A DNA stretch of 64,000 nt from an uncultured Holophaga sp. (GCA_963664825.1 OY761614.1:672001-736000), one strand, 5' to 3'. Shown: positions 31,299-41,897, numbered from the stretch's first letter. The notes: generated by a model not told the origin, from the sequence alone. Made by a program: numbers and translations.

Positions 31299-31967
31299 AT
31301 GGGCATCTTCGATGTGATCGGTCCCGTGATGGTGGGCCCCAGCAGCTCCCACACGGCAGGGGCGGTGCGAATCGGCCTATTCGCCCGGCGCCTCCTGGGG
31401 ACCGATCCCCTGCGGGCGGAGATCGGCCTGCACGGTTCCTTCGCGGCCACAGGCGGGGGCCACGGCACACCCCTGGCCCTGCTGGCCGGGTTGCTCGGGC
31501 TCCTGCCCAACGATGAGCGGATCCCCACCTCCGCAGCACTGGCCGCCGAACAGGGCCTGGCATACCACTTCACAACCTGCGATTTGGGGGACGCGCATCC
31601 CAATTCCGTTCGATTGAACCTGGAGGGCAAGGACACTTCCCTGGAGGTCTGCGCCAGCAGCGTCGGGGGCGGCCGCATCAAGGTCTGGAATATCGATGGC
31701 TTCAACGTGAGCCTGGATGGGGAATACCCCACGCTCCTGCTGGTCTATCCGGACCGGCCAGGGGCCGTGGCGGTGGTGGGCGCCATCCTGGCCAACGCCG
31801 CGATCAATATCGCCACCCTCAAGGCGCACCGCACCGAACGCGGGGGCCAGGCCCTCATGGCCGTCCAGCTCGACGAGACCCCTCCCACCGGCGTCCTGGA
31901 GAGCATCGAACATCTGCCTCATTTCGAGCAGGTGCGCTTCATCCCCGCCCTGGGCTTTGGAGGCTGA
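31299..31967 (+). CDS. sdaAB: L-serine ammonia-lyase beta subunit (ACT domain)
   Basis: FDVIGPVMVGPSSSHTAGA, HPNS, SVGGG, DRPG ACT domain. Confidence 0.95.
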   Translation: MGIFDVIGPVMVGPSSSHTAGAVRIGLFARRLLGTDPLRAEIGLHGSFAATGGGHGTPLALLAGLLGLLPNDERIPTSAALAAEQGLAYHFTTCDLGDAHPNSVRLNLEGKDTSLEVCASSVGGGRIKVWNIDGFNVSLDGEYPTLLLVYPDRPGAVAVVGAILANAAINIATLKAHRTERGGQALMAVQLDETPPTGVLESIEHLPHFEQVRFIPALGFGG

Positions 31968-31968
31968 C

Positions 31969-32883
31969 ATGAACCCACAGACGCCCCGGGAAGGCACGCT
32001 GGAATTCCATGTGGGGGCCGCCAATGCCCGGGGCATCCCCCTTTCGGAGCATTTCCTGGACCGCGAGGTCCAATCCTCGGGAAGACCCCGGGCCGAACTC
32101 TGGGAGCTCATGCGCACCCGCATCGCCGTCATGCGGCATTCCCTGAAGCGCGGCCTGGAGGCTCCCCAGCGCTCCCCCAGCGGCATGGTGGACGGGGCCG
32201 CCTATCGGCTTTCCCAATGGGCTTCGAAAGACCATTCCCTCCTGGGGCCCGCCTTCTCGCAGATGCTGGCCTCGGCCCTGGCAGTGGCGGAGGTCAACGC
32301 CTGCATGGGGCGCATCGTGGCGGCTCCCACGGCCGGTTCCTGCGGCGTGCTGCCCGCGGCGCTCTTCACGGTGGCCTCCCAGCGCCAGGTGCCCGAGGAA
32401 GCCCTCGTGAGGGCCTTCTTCACCGCCGGGGGCATCGGCACGGTGATCGAGAAGCTCGCCAGCCTGTCGGGGGCGGAGGGGGGCTGCCAGGCCGAGGTGG
32501 GATCGGCCTCCGCCATGGCCGCCGGCGGCCTCACTGAGATGCTGGGAGGCGACCCGGAGCAGGTCTGCCACGCCGTCGCCTTCGCCCTCGCCAATGTGAT
32601 GGGCCTCATCTGCGACCCGGTCAGGGGGCTGGTGGAGGAGCCCTGCGTGCGGCGGAACACACTTGGGGCCCTCAACGCCACGGCCTCGGCCGAGATGGCC
32701 CTGGCGGGCATTCCCTCGGTGTTTGGCGCCGACGCCGTGATCGAGACCATGGGACGGGTGGGGAGGCGCCTGCCGGAGGAATTCCGGGAGACGGCCCGGG
32801 GGGGGCTGGCCCTCCTCCAACCCAGCGTCCGGGATACCCAGGGCGGAGCGGGCCCCGAGGCCCTTTCACCTCTGGAGAAATGA
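31969..32883 (+). CDS. sdaAA: L-serine ammonia-lyase alpha subunit
   Basis: IVAAPTAGSCG, SGAEGGCQAEVG, GLICDPV.GLVE.PC, RETARGGLA. Confidence 0.95.
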   Translation: MNPQTPREGTLEFHVGAANARGIPLSEHFLDREVQSSGRPRAELWELMRTRIAVMRHSLKRGLEAPQRSPSGMVDGAAYRLSQWASKDHSLLGPAFSQMLASALAVAEVNACMGRIVAAPTAGSCGVLPAALFTVASQRQVPEEALVRAFFTAGGIGTVIEKLASLSGAEGGCQAEVGSASAMAAGGLTEMLGGDPEQVCHAVAFALANVMGLICDPVRGLVEEPCVRRNTLGALNATASAEMALAGIPSVFGADAVIETMGRVGRRLPEEFRETARGGLALLQPSVRDTQGGAGPEALSPLEK

Positions 32884-33009
32884 CCGACCCTGTTTATACA
32901 TTTAAGCCAACGCCTCCCATCTCCCTCGTCAACGTTTGGTTGTGGGCATCGGTTGTGGGCCCAGGTGGCGGGCTGTAGCATCGATGACGCAGGCAATGGG
33001 GAGTGAGCC

Positions 33010-33291
33010 ATGAGCGCTGAAGACAACGCCCGAAAGGGCAAGGGGACAGTATTCGTGCGAGTGGAGGTCTGCAAGGGCTGCTCCTACTGCATCGATTTCT
33101 GCCCCAGCCACGCCCTGGAATTCGGCCGGGAGTTCAACGCCAAGGGCTACCACTATCCCGTGCTCGGCCGGGCCGAGGATTGCACGGGCTGCGACCTCTG
33201 TGGGCTCTACTGCCCGGATTTCGCCATCTTCGGGACCCGCTGGAAGGATCTCGACGAGAAGCGCCAGGCTGCGGCCCCGACGCGCCCCTGA
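33010..33291 (+). CDS. 2-oxoacid:ferredoxin oxidoreductase delta subunit (2x4Fe-4S ferredoxin)
   Basis: CKGCSYCIDFCP and CTGCDLCGLYCPDFAI. Confidence 0.9.
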   Translation: MSAEDNARKGKGTVFVRVEVCKGCSYCIDFCPSHALEFGREFNAKGYHYPVLGRAEDCTGCDLCGLYCPDFAIFGTRWKDLDEKRQAAAPTRP

Positions 33292-33324
33292 ACCAGATCG
33301 TCATCGCAACGGACGGAGGAAATA

Positions 33325-34494
33325 TTGAAAGCGGATCCCAAGGGCGTACTCACGGGTGTCCACTTCATCGACGGCGATCACGCCGCCTGTGAAGGGGCCC
33401 TGGCAGCTGGCTGCCGCTTCGTGGCCGGATACCCCATCACCCCCAGCACGGAGATCGTGGAGCGCTTCGCCACCCGCATCCCCCTGGTGGGAGGCCTTTT
33501 CATTCAACTCGAGGACGAGCTCGCGGCCTCCATTGCCATCCAGGGCGCCGTCTGGGGTGGCCAGAAGGTCATGAACGTGACCTCGGGCCCAGGCCTCAGC
33601 CTGATGATGGAGCACCTGGGTTTTGCGGCCATGACCGAAACCCCCTGCGTATGGGTGGATGTGCAGCGGGGGGGCCCCTCCACGGGACTTCCCACCTTGC
33701 CCGCCCAGGCCGACATGATGCAGATCAAATGGGGCAGCCACGGCGACTTCGAGATCATCGCCCTCTGCCCCAATTCCCCCCAGGAGTGCTTCGATCTCAT
33801 GATCAAGGCCTTCAACCTCGCCGAGGAATACCGCTGCCCGGTCTTCCTGATGATGGACGAGGTGGTGGGCCACATGACCGAGCGGGTGACCATTCCCCCC
33901 GCGGACCAGATCGAGATCACGGAACGCAAGTGGACGAAGAAGCGCCCCGGCGAATACGAGGCCTATGCCACGACGTCTGAGGATCTGGTGCCCGAGATGG
34001 TCAAGGCCGGGGACGGATACCGCATCCATGTGACGGGCCTCACCCACGACGAGCGCGGCTACCCCGCCATGGACGTTCAGAATCAGGCCAAGCTCATTCC
34101 CCGCCTGCTCAACAAGATCCGCAATAACGCCTCCAAGCTGGTGGACGTGCGCATGGACGGCTGCCAGGACGCCGAGATCATCGTGATGTCCTTCGGCATC
34201 ACCTCCCGGGTGGCCGCCGAGGCCATCGATGCGGCCAGGGCCAAGGGCCTGAAAGTCGGCCATCTGCGCCTGATCATCTGCTGGCCCTTCCCCGGGTCGG
34301 TCATCCGGAAACTGGCGGCAACGGCCAAGGCCTTTGTCGTGCCCGAGCTCAACATGGGCCAGATGGTCCATGAGGTTCGCCGAGCCGTCGCCGAATCGGA
34401 GCGCAGTGTGAAGGTCATCTCCGTGCCCCATCCCGGCGGCACGGTGCACGAGCCCGAGATCATCCTCGAGCAGATCCTGGAGGCCGCGCGATGA
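33325..34494 (+). CDS. 2-oxoacid:ferredoxin oxidoreductase alpha subunit
   Basis: AGYPITPSTE, EDE, TSGPG, QRGGPSTGLPT. TTG start with GGAGG RBS. Confidence 0.95.
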   Translation: MKADPKGVLTGVHFIDGDHAACEGALAAGCRFVAGYPITPSTEIVERFATRIPLVGGLFIQLEDELAASIAIQGAVWGGQKVMNVTSGPGLSLMMEHLGFAAMTETPCVWVDVQRGGPSTGLPTLPAQADMMQIKWGSHGDFEIIALCPNSPQECFDLMIKAFNLAEEYRCPVFLMMDEVVGHMTERVTIPPADQIEITERKWTKKRPGEYEAYATTSEDLVPEMVKAGDGYRIHVTGLTHDERGYPAMDVQNQAKLIPRLLNKIRNNASKLVDVRMDGCQDAEIIVMSFGITSRVAAEAIDAARAKGLKVGHLRLIICWPFPGSVIRKLAATAKAFVVPELNMGQMVHEVRRAVAESERSVKVISVPHPGGTVHEPEIILEQILEAAR

Positions 34495-35378
34495 GCGAAT
34501 CCCTCGACCTTCAGACGGCTGGATTGGAGAACCCTGTCCTGCCCTACCTGCGCCAGGATCGTCTCCCGCACATCTGGTGCCCCGGATGCGGCATCGGCAC
34601 CTCCGTCAATTGCTTCTGTCGCGCTCTCTCGGAGAGCGGCCTGGACCTCGACAAGGTGGCCATCGTCTCGGGCATCGGTTGCACGGGGCGCACGGCGGGC
34701 TACCTGAACCTGGATAGCTTCCACACCACCCATGGCCGGGCGATCCCCTTCGCCACGGGCCTCAAGCTGGCCAACCCCGAACTGAACGTGGTGGTCTACT
34801 CCGGCGATGGGGATCTCTTCGCCATCGGCGGCAATCACTTCTTCCATGCCGCCCGACGCAACATGGATCTCCTGGTCATCTGCGTGAACAACTTCACCTA
34901 CGGCATGACCGGCGGTCAGGTGGCCCCCACCACGCCCCTGGGCCCCACCCAGACCACCATGCCCTACGGCAATTTCGAAAGCCCCTTCAACCTGCCCTTC
35001 GTCGCCGACGCCTGCGGGGCCACCTACGTGGCCCGCTGGACGGTCTATCATGTGCGCCAATTGGCCAAGGCCATGAAGGAGGCCCTGGATAAGAAGGGCT
35101 TCCGCTTCATCGAGGTGATGAGCCCCTGCCCCACCCTCTATTCCCGGCGCAACCGCCTGGGGGATGGCGTGGACCAGTTGAAGTATTACAAGGAGAAGAG
35201 CGTCATCAAGCAAGGTGCCGACACCAAGGACATCGGCCTGGATTTCCAGGGCGATATCGTGGTGGGCAAGTTCGTGGACCGGGAGCGCCCCACGTGGCTC
35301 GATTCCATGAACACCCATCTGGGCCAACACTTCGGCGATGCCTTCCAGCCCTACGGAGTCAAGCATGGCCAAGACTGA
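34491..35378 (+). CDS. 2-oxoacid:ferredoxin oxidoreductase beta subunit
   Basis: WCPGCG, SGIGC, HGRA, GDGD TPP motif, YGMTGGQ. Confidence 0.95.
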   Translation: MSESLDLQTAGLENPVLPYLRQDRLPHIWCPGCGIGTSVNCFCRALSESGLDLDKVAIVSGIGCTGRTAGYLNLDSFHTTHGRAIPFATGLKLANPELNVVVYSGDGDLFAIGGNHFFHAARRNMDLLVICVNNFTYGMTGGQVAPTTPLGPTQTTMPYGNFESPFNLPFVADACGATYVARWTVYHVRQLAKAMKEALDKKGFRFIEVMSPCPTLYSRRNRLGDGVDQLKYYKEKSVIKQGADTKDIGLDFQGDIVVGKFVDRERPTWLDSMNTHLGQHFGDAFQPYGVKHGQD

Positions 35379-35916
35379 GATCCGCGTCGGCGGCCTGGGA
35401 GGCCAGGGCGTCATCCTCAACGCCTCCATCCTGGGCAAGGCCGCCAGCATCTTCGAAGGCAAGCACGCCACCCTCATCCAGGCCTTCGGCCCCGAGGCCA
35501 GGGGCAGCGCGTGCAGCGCCCAGGTGACCATCTCCACCGAACCCATCGCCTACCCCTACGTCAAGCGTCCCGATGTGCTGGTGCTGATGAGCCAGGACGC
35601 CTACAACCAGTTCGTGCCTTCGCTGAAACCCGGCGGTCTCGTCCTCTTCGAGGAGGAGTTGGTCACGGTGGATGGGCACCTACCCAAGGGGGCCCGCGCC
35701 CTCGGCATCCCCGCCACCCGCTTCGCAGAAGAGCTGGGCCGCCGTCTCGTGCTCAATATCGTGATGGTCGGTTTCTTCGCAGGCGCCACGAACCTGCTCT
35801 CCTTCGAATCGGTCGAGAAGGCCGTGCGAGATTCCGTGCCCAAGGGCACCGAGGACCTGAACATGCGCGCCCTCCGAAAGGGCTTCGAATACGGTCGCAA
35901 CCCCCAGGGGGCCTGA
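35365..35916 (+). CDS. 2-oxoacid:ferredoxin oxidoreductase gamma subunit
   Basis: GLGGQGV, GPEARGS, NIVMVG. Confidence 0.93.
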   Translation: MAKTEIRVGGLGGQGVILNASILGKAASIFEGKHATLIQAFGPEARGSACSAQVTISTEPIAYPYVKRPDVLVLMSQDAYNQFVPSLKPGGLVLFEEELVTVDGHLPKGARALGIPATRFAEELGRRLVLNIVMVGFFAGATNLLSFESVEKAVRDSVPKGTEDLNMRALRKGFEYGRNPQGA

Positions 35917-35955
35917 TCCGAAGGATGCGGAGACGCTTTTAAACGCGCAACCACC

Positions 35956-36696
35956 TCACAGGTTCTTCAGCACTTCCTGGCGCTTCTGCTGGTATTCCTC
36001 CTCGGTGATCAGGTTCTCGTCCCGCATGCGCTTCAGGGCGCGCAGGCGCTTCTCCTGCTGCTCGAAGAAGGTGGCATCCCGAGCCGTGGGTGCGGCAACC
36101 GCGGGCGCCGACGCACTCAAAGGCGCAGCCGCCAGGGGAAACATCAACCAATCCGCCCTATGGGAGATCGCCACCGGACTCTGCAGGCTAACGGCACTGG
36201 CCACCATGCGGGAACCGTACTGGAATTCGGGCAGGACCTGCATCCCGCGGTAGCGGTCGACGAATTCCAGCCGCGTATCGTGCACGATGAGGTTGAGGCT
36301 GCCCCCCTGGACGAAGAAGCGTGCCGTGACGCCATTAGGCGTGTTCAGGAAGCTGCCCTCTCGCCGGTGGGTGCTGAGCAGCAGGAGATCGTCCCCGGGA
36401 CCCGCCACGGCCAGGGCCTCGCGCAGCGCGCCCAGGAGGGGGGGCAGCTCGTCCTTGAGAAAGAGGGCTTCACCGCCTTTCTCCGTGGCGAATCGAACCG
36501 AACTCAGTTGCTGGCGCAGCGCCTCCGCATCGACCTGGGCCGGATGCTCGTTCACGGGAGCCCCGGCCTCCGCAGGTAGGCGCTTCACCCAGGTGAATTC
36601 GCTGATCTTCCACTGTCCCCGGGGAGCCCCGGCCACCAGTGGCACCGTGCAGATCAAGGTCGCGATCATGCGCAGAATCCGGGGCGGAATACCCAT
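35956..36696 (-). CDS. Secreted SHOCT-domain protein
   Basis: Signal-like N-terminus and C-terminal RLRALKRMRDENLITEEEYQQKRQEVL. AAGGAGG RBS before ATG 36696. Confidence 0.85.
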   Translation of the reverse strand: MGIPPRILRMIATLICTVPLVAGAPRGQWKISEFTWVKRLPAEAGAPVNEHPAQVDAEALRQQLSSVRFATEKGGEALFLKDELPPLLGALREALAVAGPGDDLLLLSTHRREGSFLNTPNGVTARFFVQGGSLNLIVHDTRLEFVDRYRGMQVLPEFQYGSRMVASAVSLQSPVAISHRADWLMFPLAAAPLSASAPAVAAPTARDATFFEQQEKRLRALKRMRDENLITEEEYQQKRQEVLKNL

Positions 36697-36832
36697 TTCG
36701 ACCTCCTTAAGGGCTTGCATCCGCCAGTGTATAAGAACAGCGCCCCGCGAGGCCCAAGAAGGCTCCTCGGAGGGCTTCCATTCCATGGAAGAATGACCTC
36801 ACACATTCCCTAAATTTCCAGAGGATCCCGCC

Positions 36833-37759
36833 ATGGGCCTTTCCGTCACAGACCCCATCGAACGCGCCATCGATCACACCACCTCCATCCTGTTCAAGCC
36901 TTTCCGGGCCGGGAAGTGGCTCGCCCTGGGTTTCTGTGCCTTCCTGGCCCATCTGGGAAGCGGAGGGGGATTGCCTTCCTTCGGCAACCTCGGAGGGCGC
37001 CAGGAGGTCGGGGGATCGCTGAAATCCATGGCGGAGCCGGTCCATACCTGGGCCCAGGCCCACATGGCTCTCGTGATCGTGCTTGCGATCGTGGCGCTCC
37101 TGGTGGGGCTGGTCCTCCTGTGGCTGAAGGCCCGGGGGCAGTTCATGCTAGTGGATGGCCTCAGCCACAACCGTGGAGAGATCGCCGCCCCTTGGAGGGA
37201 ATACGCCGCCGAAGGCAATGGCCTCTTCGGTTTCAATCTCGCCTTCGGCGTCTTGCTGGTGCTGGGGATCGCGGGAATCGTGGGCCTCGGCATCGTAATG
37301 GCCCTGCCCGATATCCGCGCCAATGAATTCGGTTCCAGGGCTCTCCTCGCCCTCCTGACAGGCATCCCCCTGCTGCTGGTATTCCTCCTGGCCTCAGCCA
37401 TCATCGGCGTATTGCTGCACGACTTCGTCGTCCCGGCCATGTACCTGCGCCGCCAGGGCGTCCTGGAAGCCTGGGGCACCGTACACCGGGAAGTCCTCAG
37501 GGGCCAGACGGGCACCCTCGTCCTCTATTTCCTCATGAAGATCGTCCTCGCCATCGCCATCGGCATCCTGGCCCTCCTCGGGACCTGCCTCACCTGCTGC
37601 TGCGTCATCCTCCCCTACATCGGCACGGTGATCCTGCTGCCCCTCTTCGTATTCCACAGGAGCTATTCCCTCTGCTTCCTGGAACAGCTGGGAGAAGGGT
37701 GGAGGATCTTCGGGGCAGGAGAAACGGCCGAAGCCGAATTGGGCAAGGGAAACGACTAA
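36833..37759 (+). CDS. Conserved hypothetical multi-pass membrane protein
   Basis: Several TM helices, LTCCC motif, host-like codon usage. Confidence 0.75.
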   Translation: MGLSVTDPIERAIDHTTSILFKPFRAGKWLALGFCAFLAHLGSGGGLPSFGNLGGRQEVGGSLKSMAEPVHTWAQAHMALVIVLAIVALLVGLVLLWLKARGQFMLVDGLSHNRGEIAAPWREYAAEGNGLFGFNLAFGVLLVLGIAGIVGLGIVMALPDIRANEFGSRALLALLTGIPLLLVFLLASAIIGVLLHDFVVPAMYLRRQGVLEAWGTVHREVLRGQTGTLVLYFLMKIVLAIAIGILALLGTCLTCCCVILPYIGTVILLPLFVFHRSYSLCFLEQLGEGWRIFGAGETAEAELGKGND

Positions 37760-38173
37760 TGCGCGTTATCCCATGGCTCCCTCCCATGGCGACCCGAACG
37801 CAGACGTGGTGTCCGGGCTTCGCCTGGACACCACGTGGGGGTCAAAGGGGGGACGCAGAGCGGACTCTAGCGAGCGGGCGGTCCCCTCTTTCATGGCAGA
37901 CGATGTGTGCAGCAAATTCCACACCCCCGAACCCTGCCCCACGCTGAAGATTCATTCCGATTTCCGTTTTCTCCCCTCGTTGGTTAAATTTGTCCCTATC
38001 AGACCTATCCGTCCCCCCAGCCAGGTGGCTCATGAGACTTTCCGAGAAGGCCCAGATCGGATTCAAGAAGGATGAAACCCGGAATTATCGGGGAGAGCTC
38101 ATCGGACCGGGCGACCGACTGCCGCGCATCCTCCTGATGGCAGCTCAGAACCAAGGGAAGTAGAGGACTCGAG

Positions 38174-39250
38174 ATGCCCATGCACCCACTCCTCATCCTC
38201 CGTGTCCATACCGACCTCCGGCTTGGCTTCGGCCATGTCATGCGCGGCCTGGCGATCCAGGAGCAATGGGCCTCCCTGGGCGGGCAGGCATGCCTGGCCG
38301 TCAGCGGCGATGAACGCGCCCGGCGAGTGGGTTCCGGCCTGCACCCCTTCCTCGACCAAGCGCTGCCCTGTGAGGCGATGGATCTCGGCGAGGATCCCCA
38401 TGCGGCCATTCCCCAGGAACTGAGGGCCCGGGCGGATGTGGCGCTCTTGGACCAGTGGGATTGCGCGCCGGAGCAGATCCAGGCCCTGCGCCCCCTGAAG
38501 GTGGCGGTGATGGAGGATGACGGCGAGGCCCATGAACAGGCCGACCTCCTCTTCCAGCCTTTCCTGGAGGGCGCCCGATGGCCCGCGGGCCCGCCGAAAC
38601 TGGTGGATGGTCGCAAGGTGCGGCCCTGTGAGACACGCCATGGCGCCTGCAGGGTGCTCCGAGGGCTGGATTTCGTGGTGGTAAACCCCGTGGCCACCCG
38701 GCTGCGGCCCCGACGAGAGGCCATGCAGCCCCTCTCGGTCAAGAAGCTGCTGGTGACCTTCGGGGGAACGGATGGTCCCGGCCTCGCCCAGCGCGCCTTC
38801 CACGTGCTCGGAGAGCTCGTCGCCCAGAGACTCTGGACGGGCACCTGCACGCTGCTCGCGCCGAAGGGAGTGGAAGGCCCGCCCGTGCCCGGATGCACGG
38901 TCCTTTCCCACCTGCCCGAACTCACCCGCAGGCTCCAGGACTTCAACGCCATCTGGTGCGCCGCGGGCCTCACGCTGGCGGAAGCCCTGTGCGTGGGCGT
39001 CCCGGCGGCCGCCTGGGGGCAGAACGAACGCCAGGCGCGCATGATCGGGGACCTGGCCATGGCCAATGGCTGCTTTAGCCTGGGCCTAGGACTCGAGGCC
39101 GACCCCGCCGCGGTCGTCCAGGCCCTGGCCCACTGGCTCAGCCCCGAAGGCCAGGAAAGCCGCCAGGAGCAGGTCCGGGATGGCATGGCCCTGGTCGATG
39201 GAATGGGTGCCTCCCGAGTGGCCCAGGACCTCCGGTTGCTGGCCCCGTAG
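38174..39250 (+). CDS. PseG/SpsG-like GT-B fold protein (UDP-sugar hydrolase/glycosyltransferase)
   Basis: GFGHVMR, LLVTFGGTD, AAGLTLAEA, VDGMGASRVA. Confidence 0.75.
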   Translation: MPMHPLLILRVHTDLRLGFGHVMRGLAIQEQWASLGGQACLAVSGDERARRVGSGLHPFLDQALPCEAMDLGEDPHAAIPQELRARADVALLDQWDCAPEQIQALRPLKVAVMEDDGEAHEQADLLFQPFLEGARWPAGPPKLVDGRKVRPCETRHGACRVLRGLDFVVVNPVATRLRPRREAMQPLSVKKLLVTFGGTDGPGLAQRAFHVLGELVAQRLWTGTCTLLAPKGVEGPPVPGCTVLSHLPELTRRLQDFNAIWCAAGLTLAEALCVGVPAAAWGQNERQARMIGDLAMANGCFSLGLGLEADPAAVVQALAHWLSPEGQESRQEQVRDGMALVDGMGASRVAQDLRLLAP

Positions 39251-39364
39251 GCTGTCCAGGGAAATTCATCCTTGACCCTCACTCCGTTAAGCGATAAGGT
39301 TTCCTTTCTGCGACCTGCCGAGGGCGGGCCGCGTATGCGACGCCAGAGGCATCGGAGTTCGGCC

Positions 39365-39802
39365 ATGAGCACATTTTTCCCCAAGGCCCAAGATCAGATC
39401 GACCGTAAGTGGTTCCTCGTGGACGCCACGGGAATCCCCGTGGGCCGCTTGAGTACCGTTCTTGCGGACATTCTATCGGGCAAGATGAAACCCACTTGGA
39501 CCCCCTTCCTCGACATGGGCGACCATGTCGTGGTGATCAACGCGGCCAAGGCCGTGCTGACGGGCCGCAAGCCCCAGCAGAAGATATACCGCCGCACCAC
39601 CACCCAGCCCGGCTCCATGAAGGAAGTCCGTGCCGACGTGATGCAGGCCGTTCATCCCGACCGGGTCATCGAAGCCGCCGTGAAGGGCATGCTTCCCAAG
39701 GGCCCCCTGGGACGGGCGATGTATCGCAAACTTAAGGTCTACGACGGCGCTGAGCATACGCAGGAAGCCCAGAAGCCCGAACCCCTGACCATCAAGCTGT
39801 AA
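39365..39802 (+). CDS. rplM: 50S ribosomal protein L13
   Basis: KWFLVDA, GRL, GDHVVVINA, VKGMLPKGPLGR. Confidence 0.97.
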   Translation: MSTFFPKAQDQIDRKWFLVDATGIPVGRLSTVLADILSGKMKPTWTPFLDMGDHVVVINAAKAVLTGRKPQQKIYRRTTTQPGSMKEVRADVMQAVHPDRVIEAAVKGMLPKGPLGRAMYRKLKVYDGAEHTQEAQKPEPLTIKL

Positions 39803-39817
39803 TCTCTCGAGGCCACC

Positions 39818-40210
39818 ATGGCGATTTCCCAGAACTATGGAACGGGCCGTCGTAAGACGTCCGCTGCTCGTGTTTTCATGCGTCCCGGCACCGGTGCCAT
39901 CACGGTGAACGGTCGAACCCTGGAACACTATTTCCCCAATGCGGTGCTCCGCATGGTGGTGCATCAGCCCCTGTCCATCACGGACATGGCCGGGCAGTTC
40001 GATTTCCTGGTCACCGTCGCGGGTGGCGGTCCCTCCGGTCAGGCCTCGGCCATCCGTCTGGGCATCTCCCGCGCCCTGCTGCGCTACAACGATCAGCTCA
40101 GAGCCACCCTTCGTCAGGTGGGCCTGTTGACCCGCGATCCTCGCATGAAGGAACGTAAGAAGCCCGGTCAGAAGGCCGCCCGTCGGCGCTTCCAGTTCTC
40201 GAAGCGCTAA
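39818..40210 (+). CDS. rpsI: 30S ribosomal protein S9
   Basis: [30 protein letters not shown]. Confidence 0.98.
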   Translation: MAISQNYGTGRRKTSAARVFMRPGTGAITVNGRTLEHYFPNAVLRMVVHQPLSITDMAGQFDFLVTVAGGGPSGQASAIRLGISRALLRYNDQLRATLRQVGLLTRDPRMKERKKPGQKAARRRFQFSKR

Positions 40211-40250
40211 TATATTTTCGGGTGTCCCGAAAATATATGTAATTCTCACG

Positions 40251-40279
40251 CGGGGAGCCTTCGGGCTCCCCGTTGTTTC
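40251..40279 (+). terminator. Intrinsic terminator after rpsI
   Basis: CGGGGAGCC-TTCG-GGCTCCCCG followed by TTGTTT. Confidence 0.65.
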
Positions 40280-40374
40280 ACCGGACCGCCCCAGGGCGGT
40301 CGAATCGGGCGGGCAACCGCCTTTCATCCCAACCGCAGTGGCGAACAGCCGCTGGATTTGTTGAGGAGGCCATC

Positions 40375-41133
40375 ATGGCTGCCATTCAAATGAAGGAACT
40401 GCTCGAAGCCGGTGTTCACTTCGGGCATCAGACCAAGCGCTGGAACCCCAAGATGAAGAAGTACATCTTCGGGGCCCGGAATAGCATCTACATCATCGAT
40501 CTGCAGAAGACCCTGCGCCTGTGGAATACGGCTGCGAACTTCCTGACCAAGTCGGCCAGCGAAGGTAAGAACTTCCTCTTCGTGGGCACCAAGCCCCAGG
40601 CCCAGGAACTCATCGCCGAACAGGCCGCGCGCTGCGGAGCCCACTACGTCAACAATCGCTGGCTGGGCGGCATGCTCACGAACTTCGCGACCATCAAGAA
40701 GTCCCTGGACAAGCTCAAGGAGTTCGAGGCCATCCTGAACGATCCGGCCCGCACCGCCCTCATGTCCAAGAAGGAGATCCTCACCCTGGATCGCCAACGC
40801 ACCAAGCTGGACGACTCCTTCCACGGCATCCGCGATATGCGCGGTGTGCCCGATGTCATCTTCGTCGTCGATCCCCACCGGGAAGAGATTGCCATCACGG
40901 AAGCCAACAAGCTGGGCATCAAGATCGTGGGTATCGTCGACACCAACTGCGACCCCGAGCAGATCGACTACGTGGTTCCCGGCAACGATGACGCCATCCG
41001 CTCCATCCTGCTCTTCTCCGAGCGCGTGGCCGATTCCATCCTCGAGGGCCGCCAGTCCTTCCGCGACAAGTCCGACACCGAGGACATGAAGGCCATGATG
41101 ACCGAGAAGATGAACGAGGGTGGCGAAGCCTAG
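40375..41133 (+). CDS. rpsB: 30S ribosomal protein S2
   Basis: [50 protein letters not shown]. Confidence 0.98.
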   Translation: MAAIQMKELLEAGVHFGHQTKRWNPKMKKYIFGARNSIYIIDLQKTLRLWNTAANFLTKSASEGKNFLFVGTKPQAQELIAEQAARCGAHYVNNRWLGGMLTNFATIKKSLDKLKEFEAILNDPARTALMSKKEILTLDRQRTKLDDSFHGIRDMRGVPDVIFVVDPHREEIAITEANKLGIKIVGIVDTNCDPEQIDYVVPGNDDAIRSILLFSERVADSILEGRQSFRDKSDTEDMKAMMTEKMNEGGEA

Positions 41134-41235
41134 TTTCGCCGGAGACCTTCTCCGGATCTTGGTCCCTGGGGCCGGGATCTAGAGAAGGCTTGAAGCGTTT
41201 CCGACCTTGTTTGTACCAATTTGGAGAAGATCGAT

Positions 41236-41892
41236 ATGGCATTCACCGCATTGGATGTGAAGTCCCTCAGGGACAAGACCGGCCTCGGCATGATGGATTG
41301 CAAGAAGGCCCTGGAAGCCAACGATGGGAATATCGACCAGGCCGTGGATTGGCTCCGCAAGAAGGGTCTGTCGGCCGCGGCCAAGAAGGCTGATCGCATC
41401 GCCGCTGAGGGCATCGTGGAAGCCTACATTCACCCCGGGGGCCGCGTGGGCGTGCTCATCGAGATGAACTGCGAAACGGATTTCGTGGGCAAGACCGAGG
41501 GCTTCCAGCGCTTGGTGCGCGAGATCGCCATGCACTGCGCCGCACACGATCCCCAGCCTGTCTTCGTTCGCCGCGACGAGGTGACGCAGGATTTCATCGA
41601 GAAGGAAAAGGAAATCGCCCGCGCCCAGGCCGAGGCCACCGGCAAGCCCGCCGCCATCATCGAAAAGATCGTCGAGGGCAAGCTGAATTCCATCTACAAG
41701 GACTCCTGCCTCTACGAGCAGCAGTTCGTGATGAACCAGGACATCACCGTCGAGCAGTACATCTCCCAGAAGACCGCCGAGATTGGCGAGAAGCTCACCG
41801 TGCGCCGCTTCACGAAGTGGGTCATGGGCGAAGGCCTCGAGAAGCGCAAGGATGATTTCGCCGCAGAAGTGGCTGCCCAGATGGGCAACTAA
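41236..41892 (+). CDS. tsf: Elongation factor Ts (short form)
   Basis: [25 protein letters not shown]; 218 aa. Confidence 0.97.
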   Translation: MAFTALDVKSLRDKTGLGMMDCKKALEANDGNIDQAVDWLRKKGLSAAAKKADRIAAEGIVEAYIHPGGRVGVLIEMNCETDFVGKTEGFQRLVREIAMHCAAHDPQPVFVRRDEVTQDFIEKEKEIARAQAEATGKPAAIIEKIVEGKLNSIYKDSCLYEQQFVMNQDITVEQYISQKTAEIGEKLTVRRFTKWVMGEGLEKRKDDFAAEVAAQMGN

Positions 41893-41897
41893 ATAAC

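Noticed and set aside
37835..37890. GGGACGCAGAG resembling the c-di-GMP-I riboswitch core
   Set aside because: The upstream GGCAAA/GAAA stem and the second stem cannot be built.
41236..41892. Short 218-aa EF-Ts as a truncation
   Set aside because: Short EF-Ts forms are well known (e.g. Thermus type), and the C-terminal motif is intact.
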